Shown in pieces: positions 31,001 through 43,000 of a DNA stretch of 64,000 bases. The notes beneath the pieces were generated by a model. The model ran no database searches. It was not told where the DNA came from and saw nothing but the letters and a program-made list of their open reading frames with translations. The stretch covers positions 13,051 to 77,050 of the forward strand of contig JBEBGD010000014.1 in NCBI GenBank assembly GCA_040081625.1, given 5' to 3'. Origin of the DNA: Chthoniobacteraceae bacterium (GTDB lineage Bacteria; Verrucomicrobiota; Verrucomicrobiia; Chthoniobacterales; Chthoniobacteraceae). A program made the translations under genes and the position numbers. Within the stretch, counting starts at the first letter, position 1; the number at the start of each line of letters is the position of its first letter.

Positions 31001-34000
31001 GTGATCGTGTGCGTGATCCGCGAGAAGTGCGTGCCTTCCTTCTTCGAATCCTCGGTCGCCCAAACGATGATCTCGCGCGGCGTATCCCAGTTCATCGTCG
31101 TGAAGGTCACCTCGCTCAGCGGCGCCAGCGTGGTGGCGTCGAGGATCTGGATCTCGCCATCGCCGCCCAGCTTGATCGTCACGTCGCCGGTCGGCCGCTT
31201 CGTGAGCACGATGCTGTAGCGGTCGCTCTCCGGATTCGCGCCGAGGCTCGGCGCCACATGGTTCGCGCCTTCGGCCACGACGGTGTCGAAGCCCGTCTTC
31301 GCGATGAGCACGCCCGCTGAATCGTTGTCGATGACTTCCACCACGACGCTGAGCACGGCGAGATTGTCGTAGGCGCCGCCGTCCTCGTTGCTGCCGCCCT
31401 GGATGACGGTGTGCTGGATCGCGAGGAGCTGCCGGCCTTCCGCCACGAGGTCGTCCGGAGCGGTGATGGTGATGGGCACCGGGATGAACCAGTTCGTGCG
31501 GTCGAACACGAGCGTCACGCCGACCTCGCTGCCGTTGATCCTCACGCCTTTGGCGCCGGTGCGTTCGTCGCTCTCGCGCCGCGGCGGCGACACCGTGATG
31601 CGCACACTCTCCTGCGGCGCGCGCGTGAGCACGATCTGGTAGGTGTTCTGGACGAGGCCCGTGCCCTGCGGCGCCTGCTCGAAGACGCGCAGCGGTCCAT
31701 TGCCAAGGCGGATCTGCACGCCCGCAGCTTCGTTATCCATCACCTTCACCGAGAGGTCCTGCGCGAAGATCGCGTTATATGCGCCGTCGAGGCTGAAGAT
31801 GCTCTGGTCGATGACGCCGCTGTGACCTTCGAGGCTCTTGCTCACGACGATCACCGGCTTGTGATTCGGGAAGCCGCCGACGTTGAACGTATCCGTGCCG
31901 AGGCCGCCGACGGTCTCCAGCACGACATTCGGCGGCGTGCTCACGATGAAGAACGTGTCGTTCCCCTCGAGCGCATCGACCGTCAGCTTCTCGATCGTCG
32001 AGTAGGTGATGAAGAGGCCCGCGCCGAAGACGCCTTCACTCGTCACCACGAAGTCGTCGCCGAACTCAGTGCCGACGATCGTGAGCGTGTCGAAGCCGTC
32101 GCCGCCCTCGATGCGCACCGGCGCGTTGACCGTGTAGTCGATGAAGTCCGCGCCCTGGCCGCCATTGATGTTCGTGAACGGCCGCTTCGGATCCTTCGGA
32201 TCAACCTTCACAAACGCGCGCACCTTGAACGAGTCGTCATCCTCCTCGCCGTAGAGGAACAGCTCGGCGAGGTTGCGATACACGGTGAAGCTGTCGCGTC
32301 CCGCGCCGCCGTGCAGCTCGGCAGGCTGGCTGATGCCGTTGCTGAGGTAGCCCTTCGTCGTGAGCGTGGTCGGGAAGTAATCGTCAGGCAGCAGGCCGTT
32401 GTAGGGGTTGCTCGCGTCGCGCGGCGACTTGTAGAGCTGGCCGACCTGGAACGTGTCGTTGCCCGCGTCGCCGTAGATCGCCAGCGGCGCGTTCGTGTCG
32501 TCGAGCACGAACGTGTCGTCCCCATCGCGCCCGAAGACCGCGATGCGTCCACCGAATGTTCCGCGGTAGTTCACGCGCTCGACCACGCCATTGCGAACCG
32601 GCATCCGGTTCACATCGGTCTCGAGCGCGAGGATCGTGCTCGGACGGAACAGGAAGAAGTCCGGCTGGAGCGTGCCATAGACATTCAGGCGGTCGTTGGC
32701 GTCGCCATTCTCGGCGTCGAGCACGTTGATGAGCGCGGGGCCTTGCCCCGACAGGCCGATCTCGTAGTAGTCGTTGTCCTCGCCGCCCTCGAGCGTCAGC
32801 ACGGCGCCGATTCCATCGAGGAAGGTCTGGCGTCCGTTTGCGTCGTAGTTCACGCGGATGCGGTCGTTGCCCAGGCCGCCGCGCACGGTGAGCAGGCCCG
32901 TCGTGCCTTCGATATTGATGACGTCGTTGGTCGTGTTCAGCGAAGCGACCTCGTCGCCGAGATCGATCACCGTCGTGCCGGCGTGGGTCGAGCCGACATG
33001 GACCACATCGTTGCCCGTGCTCAGCGAGAGGATCAGCGACTCGAACTCGACGTAATTGATCCCCTGCACCATGCCGAGCCCGTCGATGCTATCGCTGGTC
33101 ACGCTGGCATCGAACCCGGTGATGCCGCCGTTATCCACATCCGTGCCGGCATAGACCGTGAGCAGATCGCCGCTCGCCGTGTTCGTGTGGCCGAAGACGT
33201 TCAACTGCGCCGGGAAGCCATTCATCGTGCTCGTGAGACTCGGCAGCAGCGCGTCCGCGTGGCTGCCGACCAGCAGCACGTCGCTGCCGAGGCCGAGGTA
33301 GAAGTTGAGCGTCTCGGTGCCGAGGTAGTGGAGCAGCCCGCCCGCACCGAAGAACCCGACCGTATTCGTCGAGGAGAGCGCGGGCCGCAGGTAGTCGTGC
33401 GTCAGCGCGCCCGTGTCGCCGAGCGTGTCGCCGTCGTAGCCGAACGCATCGCGGTCGTCGTCGAGGTTGACGATATCGTTCGTGCCGGCGCCGGCGTCGA
33501 TCGTGAGCAGCGCGGTGATCTCGTTGAGCGTGCCGAGCTGGTTGTTGTTCAAGCCGGCCTGCGTGCCAACGTTGATGATGTCGTTTCCCGCGCCGGCATT
33601 GATCGTCGTCGGGCCCTGGATGCGGCGGATGTCGAACGTGTCGATGGCCGCGCCAGTCGAGATCGTCGTCGAACCCGTGAAGGTCGCCGCGCCGACGAGC
33701 AGCGTGCGCGGAACGACCGCGTCCAGCGGCACCGTCACCGGCACCGTGATCGGGCGCAGACCTGGCGTCTGCGTGTAATGATTCGCGCCGTTGCCGGAGC
33801 TGACGATCTGGTTCTCCACCCGCACGAAATTGAACTCCGCGGCCACCGGCACCAGCGTGCCGTCCACCCGCTGCTGGACTTCGATCACCTGCACCTTGTC
33901 GGTGGCGAAGTAGGACGCCGGCTCGCCGCCGACGGTCGTGAACGGTTCGTTGCCAAGGTAGAAGGCCGCTTCGCCACCCAGGTAAGTGTCCTGCACGAAG

Positions 34001-37000
34001 ACGCCCGCGATCTTCACATACACCGGCTCGCCCCGAGCGTGGAAGATCGGCCGCTTGGTGAGCGTCACGGTCGCGCCACTGGTGGTCGCATCGTAGCCCT
34101 TCACCGCGTCGAGCTGCGCCGCGAACGCAGCGGCGAGGTCGCCAAGCGTCTGGCCGTCGCTGACTTTGATCTCGATCTTGCTGCCGTTGAGCGTGACCGA
34201 CCACGTCTGGCCCGCGACGATCGTGCCGCTGAAGGAGATCGTGCGCGTATCGCCGGAGCCGCCGAGCGTCACAGCGCTGCCTTGCGGCGCCTCCGCGGCG
34301 AGCGTGTCGGCCACGTAGGTCCTCACATTCCCGTTGTCGTCGAGCGCAAAGATCCACTCCCCCTCGTCCTTGCTCACGATCGGCTGGCCGAGCTGCACCA
34401 GTTCGCTGCCGTCGTAGAAGATCCCGTCGCCTGCGCGATGGATCGCCTGCACCACGACCGAGAACCGCACCGTCGCTCCCGCACCCGGCGCGCTGGCCGG
34501 CGTCACCGTCGCCGTGTTGCCCGAGACGAGTGGCGTCACGTTGTAGATATTCGATCCGTCGTAAATCGTCGCGATCACCTGATCGCCCGCCTGCAACGCG
34601 CGGAAGCCGCCGAGATCGAAGACTCCGGCGCCAGTCCAGTCAAAGACCTTCGAGAAGGTGACCTTCACCGTGACCGGCGAAGTGGACTGGTGTTCCGGGC
34701 GCACGTTCAGCACCAGCCCGCCGGCACCGACGCTGACGATCTCGTCGCGGGCGAGGTTGTAAGTGGCCACGGCATTTGAAACGACGATGGAAACGATGTC
34801 GCGCACGGCCAGCCCCGTCGTGCCAATCGGCAGCGTCACATTCGCGGTGAGACCGCCCAGCTTGAAGACGTCGTTGAGCACCTCGGTCACGCGCTCGCCG
34901 CGATTATGGATCGCCACCTGGCCGGCCCGGTGCAGGAACGGATTGACCACGTCGATGTCCAGCCGCACATTCGCGCCGAACGCCGTGAAGATCGTGACCT
35001 GGTTGGTCGCGAGGTTCACCGAGAACTCCGCCGAAGTGAGCGACACCCGTGAGCCGTTCGTGAGCACCACCGACACGGCGATCGCTTCGCGCATGGTGAT
35101 GTCGGTCGAGAGATCGACGGTCACATTGCCGCCGAGCGTGAAGTTCTTGTAGCTCTCGCGGTTGCCAGGATTGGTGACCGGCTGGCCGAGTTCGTCGAAG
35201 GTCGGCTCGCCGCCGAGGTAGCGCACCAGTTCCCCCGCCCCGCGCACGACGCGCTCGCCGTAGAAGTGCGTCACGACATCGCCCGCCGCGTGCGTGAGCG
35301 TGACACCCGCCGCGTTCACGACCGGCTGGCGCGTATAGACATCGAGCACGAGCTCGCCACCCGCGAACCTCAGAGTCGCGCCGGTGAACGGATCGATGAC
35401 CGGCTCGCCGCCGTAGTAATACTGCCCGTCGGCGATGAGGTAGTAATTGATGTAGCTGATCTCCACGACGCCCGGCGCCGGGTTGTTGTTCGTATCGAGC
35501 AGCGCCGCGACGTTGATCGTGACGGTGTTCGAGCCGGGGCTGTAGATGAAGTCGCTCGGGAACAGTCCGCGTGTGACTCCGGCGATGACGACTTGCAGGT
35601 GGATGTCGTTGAGCGTCGTCCCGGCGCGCAGCGTAAAGGTGCGCGACGCCACGTCGTTCGGGTCGGCGAGGAACTTGTCGCTGCCGTGGGTCTGGGTGCT
35701 CTGGCCGATCACGCGGTCCACCGCGCGCAGGAACGTGTCGAGGAGCACCCTGTCGCCCGCGTTGTTGGTGGCGTTGTCGATGTTGATCGTGTCGGTGCCC
35801 GGCGTGCTCTCGATGAGATCGACGACCCGCGTGACGAGTGTGCTCGTCACCCGCGGCACCGGGAGAAGGACGGGGTTCGCCGTCACGGTCGTCGTCTGCG
35901 CCCCCATCGCGTCGTAGTAGAGCCGCTGGCCGCCGGCGTTCACGAGCTGCACCTGGTCTTCGATGATGTTCCCGCGCTTATCGAGGATCACGACGAAGGC
36001 GGCGAACTTCCCGCCCTGGTCGAAGACGATCGGCGAGAGCGTCGCCGCGGCATACTGCTCGGCCTGCACAGTCACCCCCGCCGTGCCGCTCGTGATCACC
36101 GGGATCGCCGCGGTCGAGCTGGTGCTCGCAAAGGTCACGATCCACGGACTCCCAGCCGTGCCTGCGCCGCTCACGTCCACGACGGGCGCAGCCGACACCG
36201 ACAGGCCGGCGAGCGCGGCCCTCACCTGGGCCGCCGTCGCATTGAAGGCGAGCGCGCCAGTCGTCAGGCCTGCGTAGGTCAGCGTAAAGGTGCCGGTCGT
36301 CAGCGTCGTCGATACCGACTGGTGCGGCCGGGTATCCACATAGACGAGCGGCGCGTTGCGGAGCAGCTCGGAGAAGTCGGGGTTCGACGTGGCGACGTTC
36401 ACGACGCTCTCGTTGATGTGCGCGTCGCCGTCGAAGAACACGCGGCCGGCGATGCCGAGCAGCGAGCCGGCCTTGATCGTGACCGCGGCACTGGCGCTCG
36501 TGAGGATCGGGGTGCCCATCACGGCGCTCGTGAAGTTGAGGAAGTTCACCACCCACGGATCGGCGAGCGTGCCCGCGCCGGTGACCTCGATGCCGCCCAC
36601 GTCCGCCACATTCGAGAGCGCGGCGATCGCGGCCTTCACGTCGGCGGCCGGGGCGTCGAATGCGATCGGCGCGGTCGTCTGCCCCGCGTAGCTGAGCGTG
36701 AAGGTGCCGCTGGTCGCGCTCGTCCAGACTTTCTGCGTGAGCGAGTCGCGCACATTGACCGTATCGTCGCCCGCGCCGCCGTAGATGAGTGCGAGCCCGC
36801 CGATCTGGCCGAGGTTGATCGTGTCGTTGCCGCCGCCGCCGTCGATGACGACGTTCTGGCCGGGCCTTTCCGCCGTGGCGGTGTAGGTGCGGACGACCGT
36901 GTAGGTGTCGTCGCCGTTCGCGAGGCGCAGTTCGAGAGTCTCGAAGCCCTGCGCATCGACGCCGAAGAACGGCAGGCCATTCGCGCCGAGCCCGGTGGCG

Positions 37001-40000
37001 AGGCCGATGCCTTCGACGCTCTGGAACTCGTCGAAGAGCAGGCGGCCCGTTTCATCGCGATCCTGCGCATACACCGGCGTGCCGTCGCTCTCCTCGCCGA
37101 CCTGGATCATGCGCGGGATGCCCGAGCGGATGCGAATCTGCCCGGCAGCCGAGAGGCCCTGCTGGTTGTGGACCACGAGCCGGTCGCCCGCGGTCTCGAA
37201 TTGATCGCCGCCCACGACGACGAGGCGGCCGCGGATGCGCGACACATCGAAGATGCCCGTGGCCTTGAACGCGAACGGAGGCGGATCGACCGTGACCTTC
37301 GCCGGCTGCACCACCTGCTCGCGCGGCACGAGCGCGCCGACCTCGTAGTTGAACTGGAGATCCGGGACCGTGATCTCGAGCTTCGCGTCGAAGATGAAGA
37401 ACGCGCCGAAGACCAGCCGCGATTGGAGATTCGCCGGGTTGTAGCTCAGCACGTTCGAGTCGCTCGCGTCGAAGCGGACGAAGGAATTCGCGAGCCGCGC
37501 AGAGGCCTTCAGCACGTTGATGAAGGATGCCATGTAGCTCGCCGTCAGCGACTGGATCGTCTCGCCGGAGAAGACCGCGCCGAGCAGGCTCACGCGGAAG
37601 GTGAAGCCGCCGAGGTTGTCGGCGCGCGGCGCATAGACCACTTCCGGCGGGAGCTGGATGCGGAAGGCCGGCGGCTGATACTCGAAGGACGGTGGATCGA
37701 ACACGAGCGTCGGCGGCTGGCCGCCGATGTGGATCGTGTCGTCGCCCGAGCCGCCCACGAGCGTCGTCTCGAAGAGCGGGCTGGTCGCGAGCACGTAGAT
37801 GTTATCCGCGCCGCCGCCACCGTCGATCTCGATGGCTTCGATGTTCGTGAAGTTCACGATCCGGCCTGCGCCGGCGATGTAGGTGTCGGTCACGATGAAA
37901 TTGTCGCCGATCGGCGTGCCGACGATCACGATCGTGTCGATGCCTGCGCCGCCGTTGATCTTCACCGGAGCATTCTGCAGGTAGTCGTAACGGTTCTCGC
38001 CGCCGCCACCGAAGAGCGTCGTGAGGTTCGTGATCTCGTTTTCGTCCTCGGCGTTTTCGCGCAGGACCAGGAAGGTCTTGAGCAGGAAGCGATCGTTGCC
38101 GTTGCCGCCATCGAGATAGAGCTTCGCGCGGTTGTGGTTCACCTCGAAGCGGTCGTTCTGGTCGCCCCCGAGGATGGTCAGCGGCGCGGAGTTGCCGTTG
38201 GTCAAATTGTCCGTGTCCACGACCGGCACACCGTCCGGGAATTCGAGCGTGCGGTTGCCGGTGTCGGGCTTCAGCGGAACGGTCGCGATCGCGATGTCGT
38301 CGTCGCCCGAGCCCATGTCGATGACGGTATAGACGACCGTGTCGTTCGAGAGGAAGGCGTCCGCGCCGGCGAGGCCGTTGACTTTCACGATGTCGATGCC
38401 GCGGAAGCTGAGGATGTCGCTCGCGGCCTTCGTCCGGTCGCCCACGATGACCGTGCCGACTCGCGACGCGCCGACACCAAACGCATCGAGCGTGATCTGG
38501 TCCGGCCCGTTGGTTCCGTTCGCCACGAGCTCGTCGCGCCCGGAAGTGCCGCCCGAGTCGTCGATCGTGAGGCGCGTCGAGTTCGAGCCGGTGAAATTGA
38601 TGATGTAATATTCGTTCAGCCCGCCCTCCGGCCCGAGCCCGGAGCCGCGGTTATCGAGCGTCACGGTGCCGGTGAACGGCGTCACCGTGTAGGTCGTCGA
38701 CCCGACGCGGACAAAGCCGTCCACGTCGTTGAGCACCATCACATTGTTCGTATCGCCACCGGTCAGCTCGGCGTGCTCGAAGATGCGCGCGTTGTTACCC
38801 GGGTTCAGCGTGCTCTCGATGATGGAATCCCCGCGCCAGGTGTCGCCACCGTCGCGCAGGCTGAAGCTCACCGGCGCGCCGAGCGCGAGGTATTCGGGAT
38901 CTTCCGCATCCTTGAGCCGCGTCTCCTCGGCCTGCTCGTCGAGGTTGTTCGCCTTGAAGAACACGCCGCCGCCGACCATCCTCGAGCTGTCGGCGGTGAA
39001 CTGCGGCATGATGAAGTTGTCCCCAGTCGGCGCGAACGTCACGACCCAGTTCCCGGCGCTGCCGGTCACCGCCACATTCGTCACGCCGATCCCTTGCAGC
39101 GCCGCGAGCACCGAACCGGCCCCGGTCGCGGGCGCATTCCACGCGATCGGTGCCGTCGTCTGGCCGCGGAAGGTCAGGGTGAAAGTGCCGCCGGTCGCAT
39201 TGTGCGTGACCTGCTGCACCACATCCATCGTGCGAATCGTCTTCGGCGCGATCGACACGCTCTCCTCCGGCCCTTCGAGCACCGGGATGCCCTGGATCGT
39301 GTTCGAGATGCTGAGGAACTGCACCTTCCACGGACTCTCCGGCGTGCCGTTGCCGGTCACCGTCACATCGTTGATCTCCGGCAACGCTTCGAGCGCGGAC
39401 TCGACTGTCGCGGCCGTCGCGGTCGCCGGATTGATGTCGGCTGTCAGCACGCTGTTGAAGGTCAGCTTGAAGGGCGCGGAGCCTGGCGTGACCGAGATGA
39501 ACTGCACCTCGTTCGCCGTGTAGTGCGTCTTCGAGATCACCGTGATGCGTCCGTCGCCCACGACCTTGCCGATCACGAGGTAGTTTCCGAAGAGGCCGAA
39601 GTCCGAGTCCTGTTTCTCGACCAGCGTGTCGTCGCCACCCGAGTCGATGAAGATGTCGCGGCCGTTTCCGCCGCTCACGCGATCATCGCCCGCGCCGCTG
39701 TTCAGCGTGTCGTTGAAGGCCGAGCCGGTCAGATCGTCGTTCCCCTCGCCACCGATGAGCGTGAGGGCCGCCTTGTCCACCTCGACGCCGCTGGCTGTGA
39801 TCCGGTCAGTGCCCGAGCGGGCGTCGATCACCAGGCCGTCGCCCTCGCCGCGCACGCTGTTGACCGCCGTGACGGTGTAGTGACCCTGGCGCACGACATC
39901 GATGCCCGTGTCGTCGCCGGTCAGCGTGAAGGTGTCGTTCACGCCGTCGTCGCCGTGGATGAGCAGCGTGTCGAGCGCGCGGTCGTCGGAGAAGGTGAAG

Positions 40001-43000
40001 TTCGGCTCCTCGATCGTCGTGTCGTCGCCGGTGTTCGACGGCGTGCCGTTGTCGCTGAGCGTGCGGATCTTTGTGCCCTGCTGCGTCGCCTGCCGTCCGT
40101 AATCCACGGTGACCCGGTTCACGCCGGCGCCCACGAGGCTGTTGATCTCGATGCTGTCACCGCCCGTGCCGGCATCGATGTTCAGATTCTCGACACCGGT
40201 GGCTTTGAAGCTCGCGGGCAGGCCAGTCGAAACACTGAACTGGCTCGCGGCACTCCGGCTCACCGTGATGCGATCCGCACCGGCGCTCGCGGTGAATTCC
40301 AGGCGGTCGTTGTCCGTGGATTCGTTCGCAGTGATCTCGCTGCCCGCGGAGGTGATGCCGAGACGGAAGATGTCGTCACCCGTGCCGCCCTGGATCAAAT
40401 CCGCGCCGCCGTTGCCGACGATCAAGTCGTTGCCTTCGTCGCCACGCAAGTCGTCCGCTTTCGAGCCGCCGTAGATTTGATCGTTGCCTGATCCGCCCGT
40501 GGCGATGAGTCGGCCGGTGCCGAGGTTGAAGATGTAGTCCTCGCCCCCGCCGCCGTTCACCGTCACTTCGGTCGCGTTGCCGGTGACCTGGATGATGTCG
40601 CTGCCTTCGCCAGCATTGATGGTCGCTAGCGCGTCGCCCGCGTAGATGATGTTGTCGTTTCCGCCGAGGGCGTTCAGCGTGATCGGCGAGGTGATTCCCG
40701 GCCCGAACACGAAGTCGTCATCCCCTTCCGTGCCGTCGCCGACGATCGAGGACACGTGCTCGAAGACGTTGCTGCGGCCAGCCGTCGTGACCTTGATCGT
40801 CTCGTCGCCCGGCGTGCCGCCGATGTGCTCGATCGTGTAGCTCTCCGACTGCGCTCCCACACCGATGCCGCGCTGCAAATTGCGCGAGCCGGTGTTAAGC
40901 TGGAGCTGGCCGCCGTTCCATTTACGCTCGTTGCCCGCGCCCGGGCTGCCCGCGAGGAAGACCGGCTTCGGCAGCTCGAGGTAGCCGATCGTGAACGTGT
41001 GCCGGAAGGTGATGCTGAAGAAGAAGAAGTCGATCGAGACGGCGAGCGAAAGCTTGATCGGGATGGTGCCCTGGCCTTCCGCGTGGAAGCGCGCGTCGAG
41101 GCTGACGCCGAGCGGGAAGCCGAAGATGTAAGCCCGCACGTAGCCGCCGAGGTGCAGGTCGAAGAGGAAGTAGTCGTTGCCGAAGGTGTCCTTCGTGACC
41201 ACCGACGTGATCTCGAAGACGACACCGCCCTCGATGCCGAAGAAGTTGTTGCCGATCTTGAGCCGGCCCTCGACGCGAACGCTGAAGCTGCCGCTCGAAT
41301 CGAGCCAGCCGGCGACGGTGAGGCCTCCGAAGCCAAACAGATTGACCCCGGCGGCGAAGTCGAACCTCCACGAATTGAACGACGAGACGCGGATCGAGAA
41401 GCTCGCGTCGAACTTGAGGATCTCGAGAATCTTCACGTTGCCGCTCAGCCCAAGGTAGAAGCCCACCGGGACTCCGTCGCGCGCCGCGCCGGTCGTGTTG
41501 AGCTGGAACCGGCCCGCGGCCGTGATCGAGAAGACGGCGACGTCGGCGTTCACGCTCACGCCGATGTCGAGCACGAGGCCACTCGAATATACTGCCGCGA
41601 GACCGTGCGCCTCGAAGCTCAGGCCGCCGAGGTAGAATGACACGTCGAACCGGATGCGGATGCCTTCCGGTCCAATGAAGATCTGGATGCGCCCGTCGCC
41701 GCGCGCGAAGCCGAGGAATGTGACCGAGCCACTGATGTCGATCAGCAAGCCCCGCTCGATCGTCATCGTGCCGAGTGTCTGCGTGCGGCTGGTCGTGTTG
41801 ATCTGGAAGGTCGCGCCGACCGAGAACTGCAGGCCGACACTTCCGCCGAAGCTCGCATCGAGCGAGAGGGTCAGCCCGGCGACGAGGCCCTCGCTGTTGA
41901 TGCGCAAGCCTCCCGCGATATTCACCTGCCCCAGCGGACCGATCCGCGCCGTGGCTTCGACGGTCACCGAGAGTTCTGTGAGGTCCACGCGGAACTCGAA
42001 CTTGCCCTCCAGGGTGATGGTGTCGGCGATGTTGAGCGAACCGCGCATCTTCAGCAGGAAGCCCGGCCCGGCGGCAAGCTCGACCGTGCCAGGCACGAGC
42101 CGGTTGTTCGCATCGCGGACGAAGCGCCCGGTCGCCGGTTCGATCTGGAAGGTTTCGACCATCCTCGGTGTCGAGAACGAATTCAGCTCGAGCAGGAACT
42201 CGCCATCGAAGCGAACGCCCGGGATGCCGTTTGCGATGAGGATGATGTAGATGCGGCCGACGATGCCCGTATCCACGCCGGCATAGACGTTCAGATTCAG
42301 GGTGCCAGAGACTGCGCCGAGGACCGGGATGCTGCCGCCCACGGCGCCGGTGACTTTAAGGATCCCCTGGCCCATCGGATCGATATCGACGGAGATCTGG
42401 AGGAAGCCATTGAGCGTGATGACGTGCGCGATCGTGAGCTGCGCCTCGATCGTCGCGACGAAGTAGATCGACGGGTTCGCACCTGCGACCGGCATCCCGT
42501 CGAGGCCCGGGGCCGACGCAAACACGGCGATGGTCGTGGGATCGCCCGCTGAGAGGAAGGGCAGGAACGCATCCGGCACCTTGAAGCTCTGGTCGGCCAG
42601 CGTCGTATTGAACATCAGCGAGACCGAGCCGCTGACCGAGAAGATGTCGCCGATATCCGGCAGGCCGATGCCCGCGCTGCTGTCCACGCGAAGGTAGCCG
42701 GCGACACCGATGATTTCTCCCGGCTGCGTGGGCTGGAAGACCGCCTGGAACAGGCCGGTCACCTTGCCATAGGTGATCTGGTTGCTGCCGATTCCGAACG
42801 ACAACTCCGCATCGGCGAAGATCGTCATCCGCTCCGGATTGAGCTGCATGTAGAAGAGGCCGCGGGCAGTGAACAGCGGGTTGGCGAAGCCCTTGGGTTG
42901 CAGAGCCAGGAAACCGATTGCCTCGAGTGCGAAGCTTTGCTTGGCGAGCACGTAGGTTTTTACGAGTGGCCCGCCGTTCGGCCCGATCCCGGGCAGCGAG

